NCBI GenBank assembly: GCA_029261065.1
Contig: JAJDCB010000030.1
Span: 260,876 to 324,875, forward strand
Direction: 5' to 3'
Length of the DNA stretch: 64,000 nucleotides
From: Candidatus Omnitrophota bacterium
GTDB lineage: Bacteria > Omnitrophota > Gorgyraeia > Zapsychrales > Zapsychraceae
The notes under the pieces are model-generated. The model ran no database searches, was not told the DNA's origin, and was given only the letters and a program-made list of their open reading frames with translations. Shown here piece by piece: positions 19,253-28,375 of the stretch (position 1 is its first letter; each line of letters starts with the position of its first letter). The position numbers and the translations under genes were made by a program.

Positions 19253-19996
19253 TTAATCTAAACGATTTTTAAATCCTTGCCAAGGAAAGTTATGGCCAGG
19301 GCAATCCGTAATAACACCATGGACCTCGCCATGACGCAATACACGTGAAGTGGGAATGTTGTAGAAATCTTGTAGTTTTTTGACGATATAGTTTAAAGAA
19401 TCAAGTTGTTTCTTGGAAGGGTTTTGATTGTTAAAATTACCTACCAAACAAATGCCTATCGCTTTGGTGTTCATCTCTGATGCCTTACAATGAGCCCCAT
19501 CTTGTTGTTTGATCCAACGCGGTGTGGCCTCAATTTGTCCTTCTTTTCGATCAGAGGAATTATTACTAACAACGAAATGATAACCGATCCCACGATCCCA
19601 GCCACGTTTTAAATGAGCTTTATGAAAAGCTAGAGAGTTACCGACCTCTGTTGCACTATGATGAACAATAATGTAGCGCCACTTCGAAGATGGATATAAT
19701 GAAATAACAGGTTTCGGATCTGTTGCCATAGGAATTTTAATTTGTTGCCCCATCTGTAGGATGGCCCTCTCTGAAATACGATTGGCACGCAAAATTCGTT
19801 TAATAGGAACGTCGTACGTTTTACTGATTCTCCAAAGAGTTTCACCGGGACCAACAACATGATAAATATCTGAGCGTTTAATGGAGGGAGGCGTTGGATC
19901 TTTTGTTACGCGTGGTGTAGGTTTAGGAGCTGTGGCACAAGAACTAAGAAAGACACAAACTAATATTAGGGATAGGGAGTAAATTAATTTTTTCAT
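19253..19996 (-). CDS. Lipoprotein with LysM and N-acetylmuramoyl-L-alanine amidase (Amidase_2) domains
   Basis: Lipobox LSSC after MKKLIYSL (start moved to 19996), LysM HVVGPGETLWRISK, amidase IIVHHSAT, IGYHFVV, GICLVGNF, HGEV...TDCPG. Confidence 0.9.
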   Translation of the reverse strand: MKKLIYSLSLILVCVFLSSCATAPKPTPRVTKDPTPPSIKRSDIYHVVGPGETLWRISKTYDVPIKRILRANRISERAILQMGQQIKIPMATDPKPVISLYPSSKWRYIIVHHSATEVGNSLAFHKAHLKRGWDRGIGYHFVVSNNSSDRKEGQIEATPRWIKQQDGAHCKASEMNTKAIGICLVGNFNNQNPSKKQLDSLNYIVKKLQDFYNIPTSRVLRHGEVHGVITDCPGHNFPWQGFKNRLD

Positions 19997-20098
19997 AAGA
20001 AGTATTTGTTTCTGTAAACACATTATTTTACGCCGGAAAACGAAGCATCGCAAGATTAAATCATGATAAATTAAGTGATTTTAAAGAGTTTGAGGCCA

Positions 20099-21034
20099 TT
20101 AAGACTTAGTTAATAATCGATGAATAACGATCTCCGGCAAGCAATTATATCTAACGGGCAAGCATGAGGCTCCAATACCTCTTGAGGTGTAACCAATCAT
20201 AGGGCCCTCTAACCAACGACCTGAAAAGTATCGGTTTCTATGGGGTGTATTGTGTACTAAGGCGACACCACCAGGCAAACATATTTGTCCTCCATGTGTA
20301 TGCCCACAGAGATATAAGTCTACTTTTGATTCAGCAGCCATTTCAATTAACTCTTGGGAATGGGCTAGAAGTATTTTGGTTTTAGAAGAAAATATATCTT
20401 TCATGGCCGTTTCAAGATTTGCGCAATCATAGAAGTGTTGATCATCAACACCAGCAATGCCAATATTTGCTGAATCACGATTAATAACAATAGATTCATT
20501 GACTAACATTTTTATGCCTATGGCTTCAAGCTCGGGTACCATTTCAATAGAGTCGTGGTTTCCTAAAATGCCGAGAATGGGGTAGTCTGACTGTATGCAT
20601 TCGATAAGTTTTTTAGTATAAATAAGGCAGTCGTTAAATTGACCATAGGTTAGAAAACGATAGTCGCCTGTAATGACACATAAATCGAATTTAAGGTTTT
20701 TAATTGTTGAGATGAGCTTTTTGCCATGATCAAAAATGCCCTCAATATGTAAGTCGGTTAGATGGAGAATTCTAAAGCCATCAAACTCTTTCGGTAAATC
20801 TTTTAAATGTACATCATGGTGAGAGATGTGATATTTAAGCGAGTTTTTAACGCCCCGTTTATAGATGCCTAAAATCTTAAGAAAACAATTGAGAGGACTG
20901 GTTAACCAATTAAGGTTTTCCCAAAAAAGTTTAAATCCGCCTCGAAATTGAAGAACAGAATGAGTCGTTTGGCGTAATAAGCGTTTTTCGAGATGTTCTT
21001 TGGGGAATCTTTTCTTGAGTGTATCGGTGTTCAT
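20099..21034 (-). CDS. Calcineurin-like metallophosphoesterase (YkuE/YaeI-like)
   Basis: TDLH, TGDY, GNHD, LAHS, GHTHGGQ, SRGIG motifs. Confidence 0.9.
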   Translation of the reverse strand: MNTDTLKKRFPKEHLEKRLLRQTTHSVLQFRGGFKLFWENLNWLTSPLNCFLKILGIYKRGVKNSLKYHISHHDVHLKDLPKEFDGFRILHLTDLHIEGIFDHGKKLISTIKNLKFDLCVITGDYRFLTYGQFNDCLIYTKKLIECIQSDYPILGILGNHDSIEMVPELEAIGIKMLVNESIVINRDSANIGIAGVDDQHFYDCANLETAMKDIFSSKTKILLAHSQELIEMAAESKVDLYLCGHTHGGQICLPGGVALVHNTPHRNRYFSGRWLEGPMIGYTSRGIGASCLPVRYNCLPEIVIHRLLTKS

Positions 21035-21160
21035 ATTATTGTAATTATTTTAAACGAAAAGGTTTATGATTCAATTATACATTTGGAATAATAAAATTCA
21101 ATGACAAAGCTAGTTCAATGTATTTGCTTATTCAACACAATTAAGTAAGGGAAAAAACCT

Positions 21161-21189
21161 TTGACCTTTTCTAGGGGAGTCAGTAGAAT
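21161..21189 (+). promoter_or_regulatory. Putative sigma70 promoter for the ABC operon, very short leader
   Basis: TTGACC-17 nt-TAGAAT, ending 11 nt before ATG at 21201, with no SD in between. Confidence 0.6.
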
Positions 21190-21200
21190 TGAACCGTCTT

Positions 21201-22106
21201 ATGAATGCAATCTCCATTACAAATTTGAAAAAAGTATACGCCGATGGTACCGAAGCCCTTAAAGGTATCAATTTAGACGTTGATGCTGGTGATTTTTTTG
21301 CCTTATTAGGAGCGAATGGGGCTGGAAAAACTACTATTATTGGTATTTTAACAGGACTTGTCATTAAAACAGAGGGTCAGGCCCAAATTTTGGGGTTGGA
21401 TGTTGATAAAAATGGCCCTGTCGCTCGCCGTTTAATTGGTGTGGTACCGCAGGAATTTAATTTTAACATGTTTGAAAGGGTAGAAGATATTGTTATCAAT
21501 CAAGCCGGTTATTTTGGCATCGAACGTAAGGTTGCCATTAAAGAATGCGAACGGTTATTAAAGAAATTGGAAATTTGGAATAAAAGGGATGTGCCTTCAC
21601 GTTCTCTTTCAGGAGGAATGAAGAGACGTTTGATGATAGCGCGAGCGTTAGTCAATCGTCCAAAATTGCTAATTCTAGATGAGCCTACCGCGGGTGTTGA
21701 TGTGGAGTTGCGCCACGGGATGTGGGAGTTTTTAAAGGAATTGAATCGAGAAGGAACGACCATTTTATTGACGACGCATTATCTGGAGGAAGTAGAGCAG
21801 ATGTGTCGAAGGGCTGCGATCATCAAGAATGGAGAGATTATTAAAAATGATACTGTGCGCTCTTTACTTAAACTTATTGATGAAGAAACATATATTGTGC
21901 AAGTGGATGATGTAAAGAAAATAAAGGATTTGAATATAGCCCATTTGAAAATCGTTGATGATCATACTTTTGAAGTTGAGTTAAAAAAAGGAGATAAGTT
22001 AAACGATTTGATATTAAAAATGAGTCAGGCGGGTGCTGCCGTTACAGATATTCGTCCCAAAGGAAATCGATTAGAAAAATTGTTCTTAAAAATTTTACAA
22101 CAATGA
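21201..22106 (+). CDS. ABC-2 type transporter ATP-binding protein (YadG-like)
   Basis: GANGAGKTT, VPQEFNFN, LSGGMKRRL, ILDEPTAGVD. ATG at 21201 preferred because the TTG at 21189 overlaps the -10 box. Confidence 0.92.
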   Translation: MNAISITNLKKVYADGTEALKGINLDVDAGDFFALLGANGAGKTTIIGILTGLVIKTEGQAQILGLDVDKNGPVARRLIGVVPQEFNFNMFERVEDIVINQAGYFGIERKVAIKECERLLKKLEIWNKRDVPSRSLSGGMKRRLMIARALVNRPKLLILDEPTAGVDVELRHGMWEFLKELNREGTTILLTTHYLEEVEQMCRRAAIIKNGEIIKNDTVRSLLKLIDEETYIVQVDDVKKIKDLNIAHLKIVDDHTFEVELKKGDKLNDLILKMSQAGAAVTDIRPKGNRLEKLFLKILQQ

Positions 22107-22876
22107 CAGCTTACCAAACCTACATAGCCCTATATACAATTGTGCGTAAAGAAGTGGTTCGTTTCTTACGGATTTGGTCGCAGACCTTATTGCCACCCGT
22201 TATTACACAATCTTTATACTTTCTTATATTTGGAAAATTTATTGGATCACGCATTGGAGAGATTAATGGCATAGATTATATGGCCTTTATTGTGCCAGGA
22301 TTAGTCATGATGAGTGTGATTAATAATTCGTTTTCAAATGTTGTCAGTTCCTTCTTTGGATCCAAATTTCAAAGGAATGTTGAAGAGATTCTCGTGTCTT
22401 CCACACCTAATTGGGTCGTTGTTGTCGGTTATGTTATTGGTGGAACATTAAGAGGAATAATCGTTGGAATCCTCGTATTTTTTGTATCATTTTTATTTAC
22501 TAAACCCAGCATTCATCATTTTGGTCTCATTGTTGTTTTTATAGTTTTAACAAGTCTTGTGTTTGCTTTGGCAGGACTATTAAATGCAATTTTTGCTAAG
22601 AAATTTGACGATGTTTCCATTTTTCCAATTTTTATATTGGCTCCGTTAACATATTTAGGTGGTGTCTTTTATTCAATAAACAGTTTACCCAGTTTTTGGC
22701 AACAAATATCAAAATTGAATCCCGTCCTTTATATGGTCAATGGTTTTCGTTATGGATTTTATGGGTTTTCTGATGTGAGTGTTCTGGCTAGTTTCATTAT
22801 ACTGATCTCGTTTACCGCAATATTGGCTTCTTTAAATTTGTATTTACTCAATAAAGGAACAGGTCTTAAAACGTAA
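22103..22876 (+). CDS. ABC-2 type transporter permease (YadH-like)
   Basis: RIWSQTLLPPVIT, YMAFIVPGL, YLGGVFYS, NPVLYMVNGFRYG. ATGA overlap with the ATPase gene. Confidence 0.92.
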   Translation: MTAYQTYIALYTIVRKEVVRFLRIWSQTLLPPVITQSLYFLIFGKFIGSRIGEINGIDYMAFIVPGLVMMSVINNSFSNVVSSFFGSKFQRNVEEILVSSTPNWVVVVGYVIGGTLRGIIVGILVFFVSFLFTKPSIHHFGLIVVFIVLTSLVFALAGLLNAIFAKKFDDVSIFPIFILAPLTYLGGVFYSINSLPSFWQQISKLNPVLYMVNGFRYGFYGFSDVSVLASFIILISFTAILASLNLYLLNKGTGLKT

Positions 22877-23445
22877 TGATGGCCAATCAAAAGCAAAAAG
22901 ATAAGTCATTTAATGTATTTAAGGCATGGTTTGATGTTCTTTTTAAGCCAGATTCATTTTTTAAAGAGGCTTGTCAGAGAGGACCGAAAATTAATGCTAC
23001 TGTTTTTCTTATAACGGTATTTTTGGTGACAACATTTCTACATTATGTTACGGATTTCTTGTTGTATGAAAATGTTAATTTACTAATAGATGTTTGTTAT
23101 TCTTTTGTGTTGGGAATATTAGGGTTTTTGTTGTATGTGTGCGTTGTTCATCTTGGACTGTTGTTGATAAAAGTGAACTGTAATCTAGGTGATACATTTC
23201 GTATTGCTGCTTTTGCAGAAGGTGTTATTATTTTTGGAATACTACCTAAGGTGGGCGCGTTTATCACTGTTGTGTGGTTTTTTTTGTTGATGTGTTATGG
23301 TTTAACCGAAAAATATAAGTTGCCATTACTTAAGACGATAATTTTGTTGTTGTCTATTTATGCGTTTTTTGGAGCGAACTATTTTATACTAACAAAGACA
23401 GCACCAGCTTTATTAGATCTCATTTTTAATTCGAGTGGGGGTTAA
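22876..23445 (+). CDS. Yip1-family membrane protein
   Basis: VLFKPDSFF N-terminal motif and about 5 TM helices. Confidence 0.65.
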   Translation: MMANQKQKDKSFNVFKAWFDVLFKPDSFFKEACQRGPKINATVFLITVFLVTTFLHYVTDFLLYENVNLLIDVCYSFVLGILGFLLYVCVVHLGLLLIKVNCNLGDTFRIAAFAEGVIIFGILPKVGAFITVVWFFLLMCYGLTEKYKLPLLKTIILLLSIYAFFGANYFILTKTAPALLDLIFNSSGG

Positions 23446-23467
23446 TCAAAATAAGGGGAGTGATATT

Positions 23468-24088
23468 ATGAGTTTTTATAAAAAAATTCTAAGCATTTGT
23501 GTCATGGGTTTATTGTGCATATATGTCCCTTCGCTTCAAGCTGAGACAATAAAAGGATTGCAGGCTGGAGAGCAGGCAAGTGATTTCACAGCTGTCAATT
23601 ATAAGGGAGAAAAGGTTGTATTTTCTGATTATTACAAAGATGGTCCTGTCGTTTTAATTTTCTATCGGGGTGGTTGGTGTATGTTTTGTAATAAACAATT
23701 ACATGCTTTTCAGCAAAGTATTGAAGAGTTCGAAGAGTTAGGCGTTAAAATTGTGGCGTTAAGTGTTGATCAACAAGATGTTGCTGCAAAATATGTGGCG
23801 GATAAAGAGTTTGATTTTGAAATTATTAGTAATCCTGAGGCAAATATATTGCGTATGTATGATTTGGTGTATGAGGTTCCTCAAGATTTACGAAAAAAAT
23901 ATAAAGAAGAATATAAAATTGACCTTCAAAAGGCCTCAGGGCGAGTTGATGGTATCATAGCGATTCCGGCTACGTATATTGTGGAGCAGGGCGGTCTTAT
24001 CACATTTGCTTATGCCAATGAAGATTATCGCATACGTAAATCACCCCAAGAGATATTGCATATCTTAAAGACAAGTAATGACAAATAA
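23468..24088 (+). CDS. Exported peroxiredoxin-like (AhpC/TSA family) protein
   Basis: Signal peptide, GPVVLIFYRGGWCMFC, IPATYIV. Start at 23468 after GGGGAG. Confidence 0.85.
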   Translation: MSFYKKILSICVMGLLCIYVPSLQAETIKGLQAGEQASDFTAVNYKGEKVVFSDYYKDGPVVLIFYRGGWCMFCNKQLHAFQQSIEEFEELGVKIVALSVDQQDVAAKYVADKEFDFEIISNPEANILRMYDLVYEVPQDLRKKYKEEYKIDLQKASGRVDGIIAIPATYIVEQGGLITFAYANEDYRIRKSPQEILHILKTSNDK

Positions 24089-25910
24089 AAAACCGATTTA
24101 TATATTAGGTTTATCCGCCTTTTATCATGATAGCGCGGCCTGTTTAATTAAAGATGGCGAAATTATAGCTGCTGCTCAAGAAGAAAGGTTTACGCGCAAA
24201 AAACATGACGATGCTTTTCCAAAGAAAGCTATCGATTATTGCTTGAAAGAGGCGGGTATTGTCATGGATGATTTAAACTATGTAAGTTTCTATGAAAAGC
24301 CTTTTTTGAAATTTGAAAGATTATTGATAAACTACTTATCATTTGCCCCGTTTGGTATTTTATCTTTCCTTAAAGCCTTACCCATATGGTTGAAAACCAA
24401 ACTATTTTTAAAAGATTACATCCAAAAAGAATTAAGGTTCTCAGGTGAAATCATTTTTCCAGAACATCATGAGTCCCATGCGGCATCTGCTTTTTATCCA
24501 TCACCCTTTAAAGAGGCGGCTATCTTAACGATGGATGGTGTTGGCGAGTGGACGACAACGAGTATAGGTGTGGGTCGAGCTAATGAGTTAGAGTTATTGT
24601 GTGAAACAAAGTTTCCTCATTCAATAGGTTTGCTTTATTCGGCATTTACCTATTACTGTGGGTTTCGTGTTAATTCAGGAGAATATAAATTGATGGGCTT
24701 AGCCCCTTATGGGGAGCCGAAATATGTGGATATTATCAAAAAAGAATTAATCGATATTAAGGCGGATGGTTCCTTTAAATTGAATATGTCTTATTTTAAT
24801 TATTGTGTGGGTTTAACGATGACGAATAGAAAGTTTGATGAATTGTTTGGTGAGAAACCAAGAGGCCCTGAAACGAAATTGAATCAGCATCATATGGATA
24901 TGGCGCGTTCCATTCAAGAGGTTACTGAGGAGATTATGATTAAGATGGCCAATCACGCATGTGAATTGACTGGATTAACAAATCTTTGCCTAGCTGGTGG
25001 GGTTGCTCTAAATTGTGTGGGTAATGGTCGTATATTAAGAGAAAGCAAGATGGAGAATGTTTGGATTCAACCAGCGGCAGGAGATGCGGGTGGTGCTTTG
25101 GGGGCTGCGTTGATGGTGTGGTATCGGTATCTTGAGAATGATCGAGATGGCGATGAGGTTAATGATAGACAAAAGGGGACATATTTGGGGCCTTGTTATT
25201 CTCAAACAGAAGTTCAAAAATTTGTGGATGAAAAAAAACTGCCTTATGAAAAGTTAAATGATGAGCAGCTATCAGAAAAAGTTGCCGAATTACTGGATTC
25301 TGAAAATGTGATTGGTTTATTTCAAGGGCGTATGGAATTTGGTCCTCGTGCCTTGGGGGCGCGAAGCATTATTGGTGATGCTCGTTCAACTAAGATGCAG
25401 GAAATCATGAATTTGAAAATCAAATTCCGTGAATCGTTTAGACCATTTGCCCCCAGTGTTTTAAAAGAAAGGGCAGGTGATTTTTTCAAACTTAAAGGGG
25501 AGAGTCCCTACATGCTTTTAGTTGCGGATGTAAACGATGAGAAGCTTATAGAAACTGAGGACAAGCAAAGCGCTGAAGGGCTTGATAAGCTTAAGATTAA
25601 GCGTTCGGTTATTCCTGCGATAACACATGTTGATAACTCAGCGCGCATTCAAACGGTTGATGAGAAAACGAATCCGCTTTATTATAAAATTATTCATGCG
25701 TTTTATCAAAAGACACAATGTCCGGTTATCATCAATACATCTTTTAATATCCGAGGAGAACCGATTGTTTGTACTCCAGAAGATGCCTATCGATGTTTTA
25801 TGGTTACCAATATGGACTATTTGGTTGTAAATAATCTTTTATTTGAAAAACAAAAACAGCCGAACAAAGATCAATTTCGTAAAGATGACATATCAACAAT
25901 TTTAGATTAG
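24078..25910 (+). CDS. O-carbamoyltransferase (CmcH/NodU/SxtI family)
   Basis: GLSAFYHDSAA, QEERFTRKKHD, HHESHAASAF, GEYKLMGLAPYG, AGGVALNC, EFGPRALGARS, KFRESFRPFAP, NTSFNIRGEPIV. Confidence 0.95.
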   Translation: MTNKKPIYILGLSAFYHDSAACLIKDGEIIAAAQEERFTRKKHDDAFPKKAIDYCLKEAGIVMDDLNYVSFYEKPFLKFERLLINYLSFAPFGILSFLKALPIWLKTKLFLKDYIQKELRFSGEIIFPEHHESHAASAFYPSPFKEAAILTMDGVGEWTTTSIGVGRANELELLCETKFPHSIGLLYSAFTYYCGFRVNSGEYKLMGLAPYGEPKYVDIIKKELIDIKADGSFKLNMSYFNYCVGLTMTNRKFDELFGEKPRGPETKLNQHHMDMARSIQEVTEEIMIKMANHACELTGLTNLCLAGGVALNCVGNGRILRESKMENVWIQPAAGDAGGALGAALMVWYRYLENDRDGDEVNDRQKGTYLGPCYSQTEVQKFVDEKKLPYEKLNDEQLSEKVAELLDSENVIGLFQGRMEFGPRALGARSIIGDARSTKMQEIMNLKIKFRESFRPFAPSVLKERAGDFFKLKGESPYMLLVADVNDEKLIETEDKQSAEGLDKLKIKRSVIPAITHVDNSARIQTVDEKTNPLYYKIIHAFYQKTQCPVIINTSFNIRGEPIVCTPEDAYRCFMVTNMDYLVVNNLLFEKQKQPNKDQFRKDDISTILD

Positions 25911-25922
25911 AGTTTAAGGGTT

Positions 25923-26471
25923 ATGACTAAAGAAGAAAAATATAATTTGTACGTGTTTGGATATGGGTTAAGCCTCATTATTCCCTATTTAATGTTTTTT
26001 AAATCGCTGCATCTAGGATTTAGCTTTAGGATGCTACTCGTTTTGTTAACGGGTTTTGGATTGGTGCTTTTTTGTGTTACAAAGATTTCTAATCTTAAGC
26101 CGATAGTTAATAGCTGGATTTTTATTGTTCATGCCTTTATCCTTTTTTCAGGAGCAACTGGTCGTTTTGGAATAGTTGCTATTGGTTTAGTTGTTTGTGT
26201 TAGCATGATTCTCGCTGTAACAATTTATCAAGTTGAGCGTCTTAAACCTATTTATTTGGGATGGATGAAAGTGGCTCAGGGGATTGGGGCAATTATAACA
26301 AGTTTTATTTTATGTATTGTCTACTATACATTGTTTGCATTTGTAGGTATTATTTTAAGAGTATTAAAAAAAGATTTATTGGATCGTTATCAGAATAAAG
26401 AAGTTGAATCGTATTGGATTACAAGAGAATCGATACCTTTTAAGAAAGAGAATTATACAAAGCAGTTTTAA
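25923..26471 (+). CDS. SxtJ-family membrane protein
   Basis: LKPIYLGWMKVAQGIG...KDLL...SYWI...QF C-terminal pattern, directly after the carbamoyltransferase. Confidence 0.75.
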   Translation: MTKEEKYNLYVFGYGLSLIIPYLMFFKSLHLGFSFRMLLVLLTGFGLVLFCVTKISNLKPIVNSWIFIVHAFILFSGATGRFGIVAIGLVVCVSMILAVTIYQVERLKPIYLGWMKVAQGIGAIITSFILCIVYYTLFAFVGIILRVLKKDLLDRYQNKEVESYWITRESIPFKKENYTKQF

Positions 26472-26483
26472 TGGGGGCGTAAG

Positions 26484-26642
26484 ATGTCAAAAATTTCTAT
26501 TTTGAAAGAATTTTGGGATTTTTTAAGGGAGCGAAAACGGTTTTGGTTGATGCCAATATTTCTGGTTCTCATCCTTTTAAGTCTACTTATTGTCTTTACA
26601 CAGGGGTCTTCGGTTGCACCGTTCATTTATACGTTGTTTTAG
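26484..26642 (+). CDS. Small membrane protein, DUF5989/SxtK-like (52 aa, not in ORF track)
   Basis: Manual translation MSKISILKEFWDFLRERKRFWLMPIFLVLILLSLLIVFTQGSSVAPFIYTLF with the APFIYTLF terminus, preceded by GGGGG. Confidence 0.9.
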   Translation: MSKISILKEFWDFLRERKRFWLMPIFLVLILLSLLIVFTQGSSVAPFIYTLF

Positions 26643-26892
26643 TCTGAGAAATTGCTTCACACTGCGCTCATTTGTGTGGTAAACAATCTCTAGGTTACTT
26701 AAATGTATATCATTTTGAGTTTTTTCATATTGCAGTTATCTATAATAGGCAGCGGTACTTACAGTTCAATAAGATTTTTTTGAGCTTAAATAGCTATTTA
26801 CTCAAACGAGATTCTTTTGATGTAAGGTTTAGTCTTGTTGTGGTATAATGTCTTCAGAAATAAGTCGCCACATCTAAAAAAAGGAGCTTCAT

Positions 26893-27489
26893 ATGTTAAA
26901 GAAAGTTTCGCAATATTTCATTATTAGTTGTTTTGTTTTAGGTTTATGTTTATCCTTTAATATTGGTGAAGCCAATGTTGCCGGGACACCCGCTGTTTAT
27001 AAAGTTTATTTGAAAAAACTTGCTGTTGGCAAGGTGGGTGCGGGACAGATAATATCTCTTTTTAAAGATAAGTATATTGAATTAGATATTGCATCAAACT
27101 CGTTTAATGCAGATTTAAATAATTATATAAAAAGTGTTAGCATCCCAAGCGGAAATTATGATTTTATGCATGTTGAGTATTACACAACTTATATTGTTAA
27201 GGGGATTGTGTATAAGGCTGGGAGGACATATTACACAGCAGCTGGTGGAACGAAGCATGTCGCAGGGAATATTACGGATGTGAGTAAGCTTCCAGGATAT
27301 GATGAGATGCAAGTTGAAATAGGACAGTTTGAAAATAGTTTTGAGACTGACCGTTTTCCAATTCCTATTGTTGGTAAAGGACAACCTCTTAAGTTAAGTG
27401 TAAATGTTAATCTTCAGGGTACATTAGTATTGGATGGTTCTGAGATTATTCCGGATGAGGATATAAGTTCTTCAGTTTTTCAGCTTTAA
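26893..27489 (+). CDS. Exported hypothetical protein (probably beta-rich)
   Basis: AAGGAG RBS, signal peptide, upstream TGGTATAAT extended -10. No family recognised. Confidence 0.7.
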   Translation: MLKKVSQYFIISCFVLGLCLSFNIGEANVAGTPAVYKVYLKKLAVGKVGAGQIISLFKDKYIELDIASNSFNADLNNYIKSVSIPSGNYDFMHVEYYTTYIVKGIVYKAGRTYYTAAGGTKHVAGNITDVSKLPGYDEMQVEIGQFENSFETDRFPIPIVGKGQPLKLSVNVNLQGTLVLDGSEIIPDEDISSSVFQL

Positions 27490-27567
27490 TAAGAACCATT
27501 GTTTGATTACCAACCTATCCTATAGTTAGGCCAATCAAAAATAACAGAGATTATAAGCGATTTTATT

Positions 27568-28323
27568 ATGCAGATTATTTCATGGAACGTGAATGGAATC
27601 CGTGCAGCACTTAAGAAAGGCTTTGTTGATTTCGTTCAAAAACAAAATCCTGATATTATCTGTGTTGGTGAAACAAAAGCTCCTGCCGGTGGAATGACAA
27701 TAGAAATAGAGGGTTATCATGAATACTGGAATAATGCCGTTAGACCAGGCTATTCCGGTACAGCCATTTTTTCTAAAATAAAACCAAAAACAGTTAATAA
27801 TGATTTGGGCATATCAAAACATGATCAGGAAGGACGCGTTATAACGGCTGAGTATGAGAAGTTTTATCTAGTTAATGTCTATGTTCCTAATTCAAAAAGA
27901 GCTCTTGAACGTTTACCTTATAGGGAGAAAGAGTGGGATGTAGATTTTTTAAAACATGTGAAAAAATTAGAGAAAAAAAAGCCTGTGATATTTTGTGGAG
28001 ATCTTAACGTCGCACATAAGGAGATCGATTTAAAAAATCCTAAGGGCAATGAAAAAAATCATGGATTTACTCCCCAGGAGAGAAAGGGGTTTGATAATAT
28101 TGTTAGCGCAGGGTTTATCGATACTTTTAGAGAGTTTAATAAAGATGGTGGGCATTATACGTGGTGGAGTCCAATGAATAAATGTCGAGCAAGAAATATT
28201 GGTTGGCGTATTGACTATGTCTGTATGTCTGAAAAATTAAAAGCAAAGCTTAAAAAGGCTTTTATTTTGAATGATGTGATGGGTTCTGATCATTGTCCTG
28301 TTGGTATCGAATTGAGCAATTGA
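27568..28323 (+). CDS. xth: Exodeoxyribonuclease III / AP endonuclease
   Basis: [52 protein letters not shown]. Confidence 0.95.
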   Translation: MQIISWNVNGIRAALKKGFVDFVQKQNPDIICVGETKAPAGGMTIEIEGYHEYWNNAVRPGYSGTAIFSKIKPKTVNNDLGISKHDQEGRVITAEYEKFYLVNVYVPNSKRALERLPYREKEWDVDFLKHVKKLEKKKPVIFCGDLNVAHKEIDLKNPKGNEKNHGFTPQERKGFDNIVSAGFIDTFREFNKDGGHYTWWSPMNKCRARNIGWRIDYVCMSEKLKAKLKKAFILNDVMGSDHCPVGIELSN

Positions 28324-28375
28324 TCTATTTTCTAACTGTAAGAATCAACGATCTTTTATTGTTATCCAACTTTGT

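Noticed and set aside
24078-26642. Saxitoxin biosynthesis
   Set aside because: Only the widespread sxtI/J/K-like trio is present, with no sxtA, sxtG or other core genes.
26643-26892. Possible ncRNA in the 250-nt intergenic region
   Set aside because: Only weak imperfect pairing near 26645-26690, and no recognisable RNA family by eye.
28324-28375. Cobalamin riboswitch and BtuB assignment for the TBDR (metH is in the window)
   Set aside because: The spacer is only 52 nt with no B12-box-like sequence, and the context points to the peptide locus. Substrate left unassigned.
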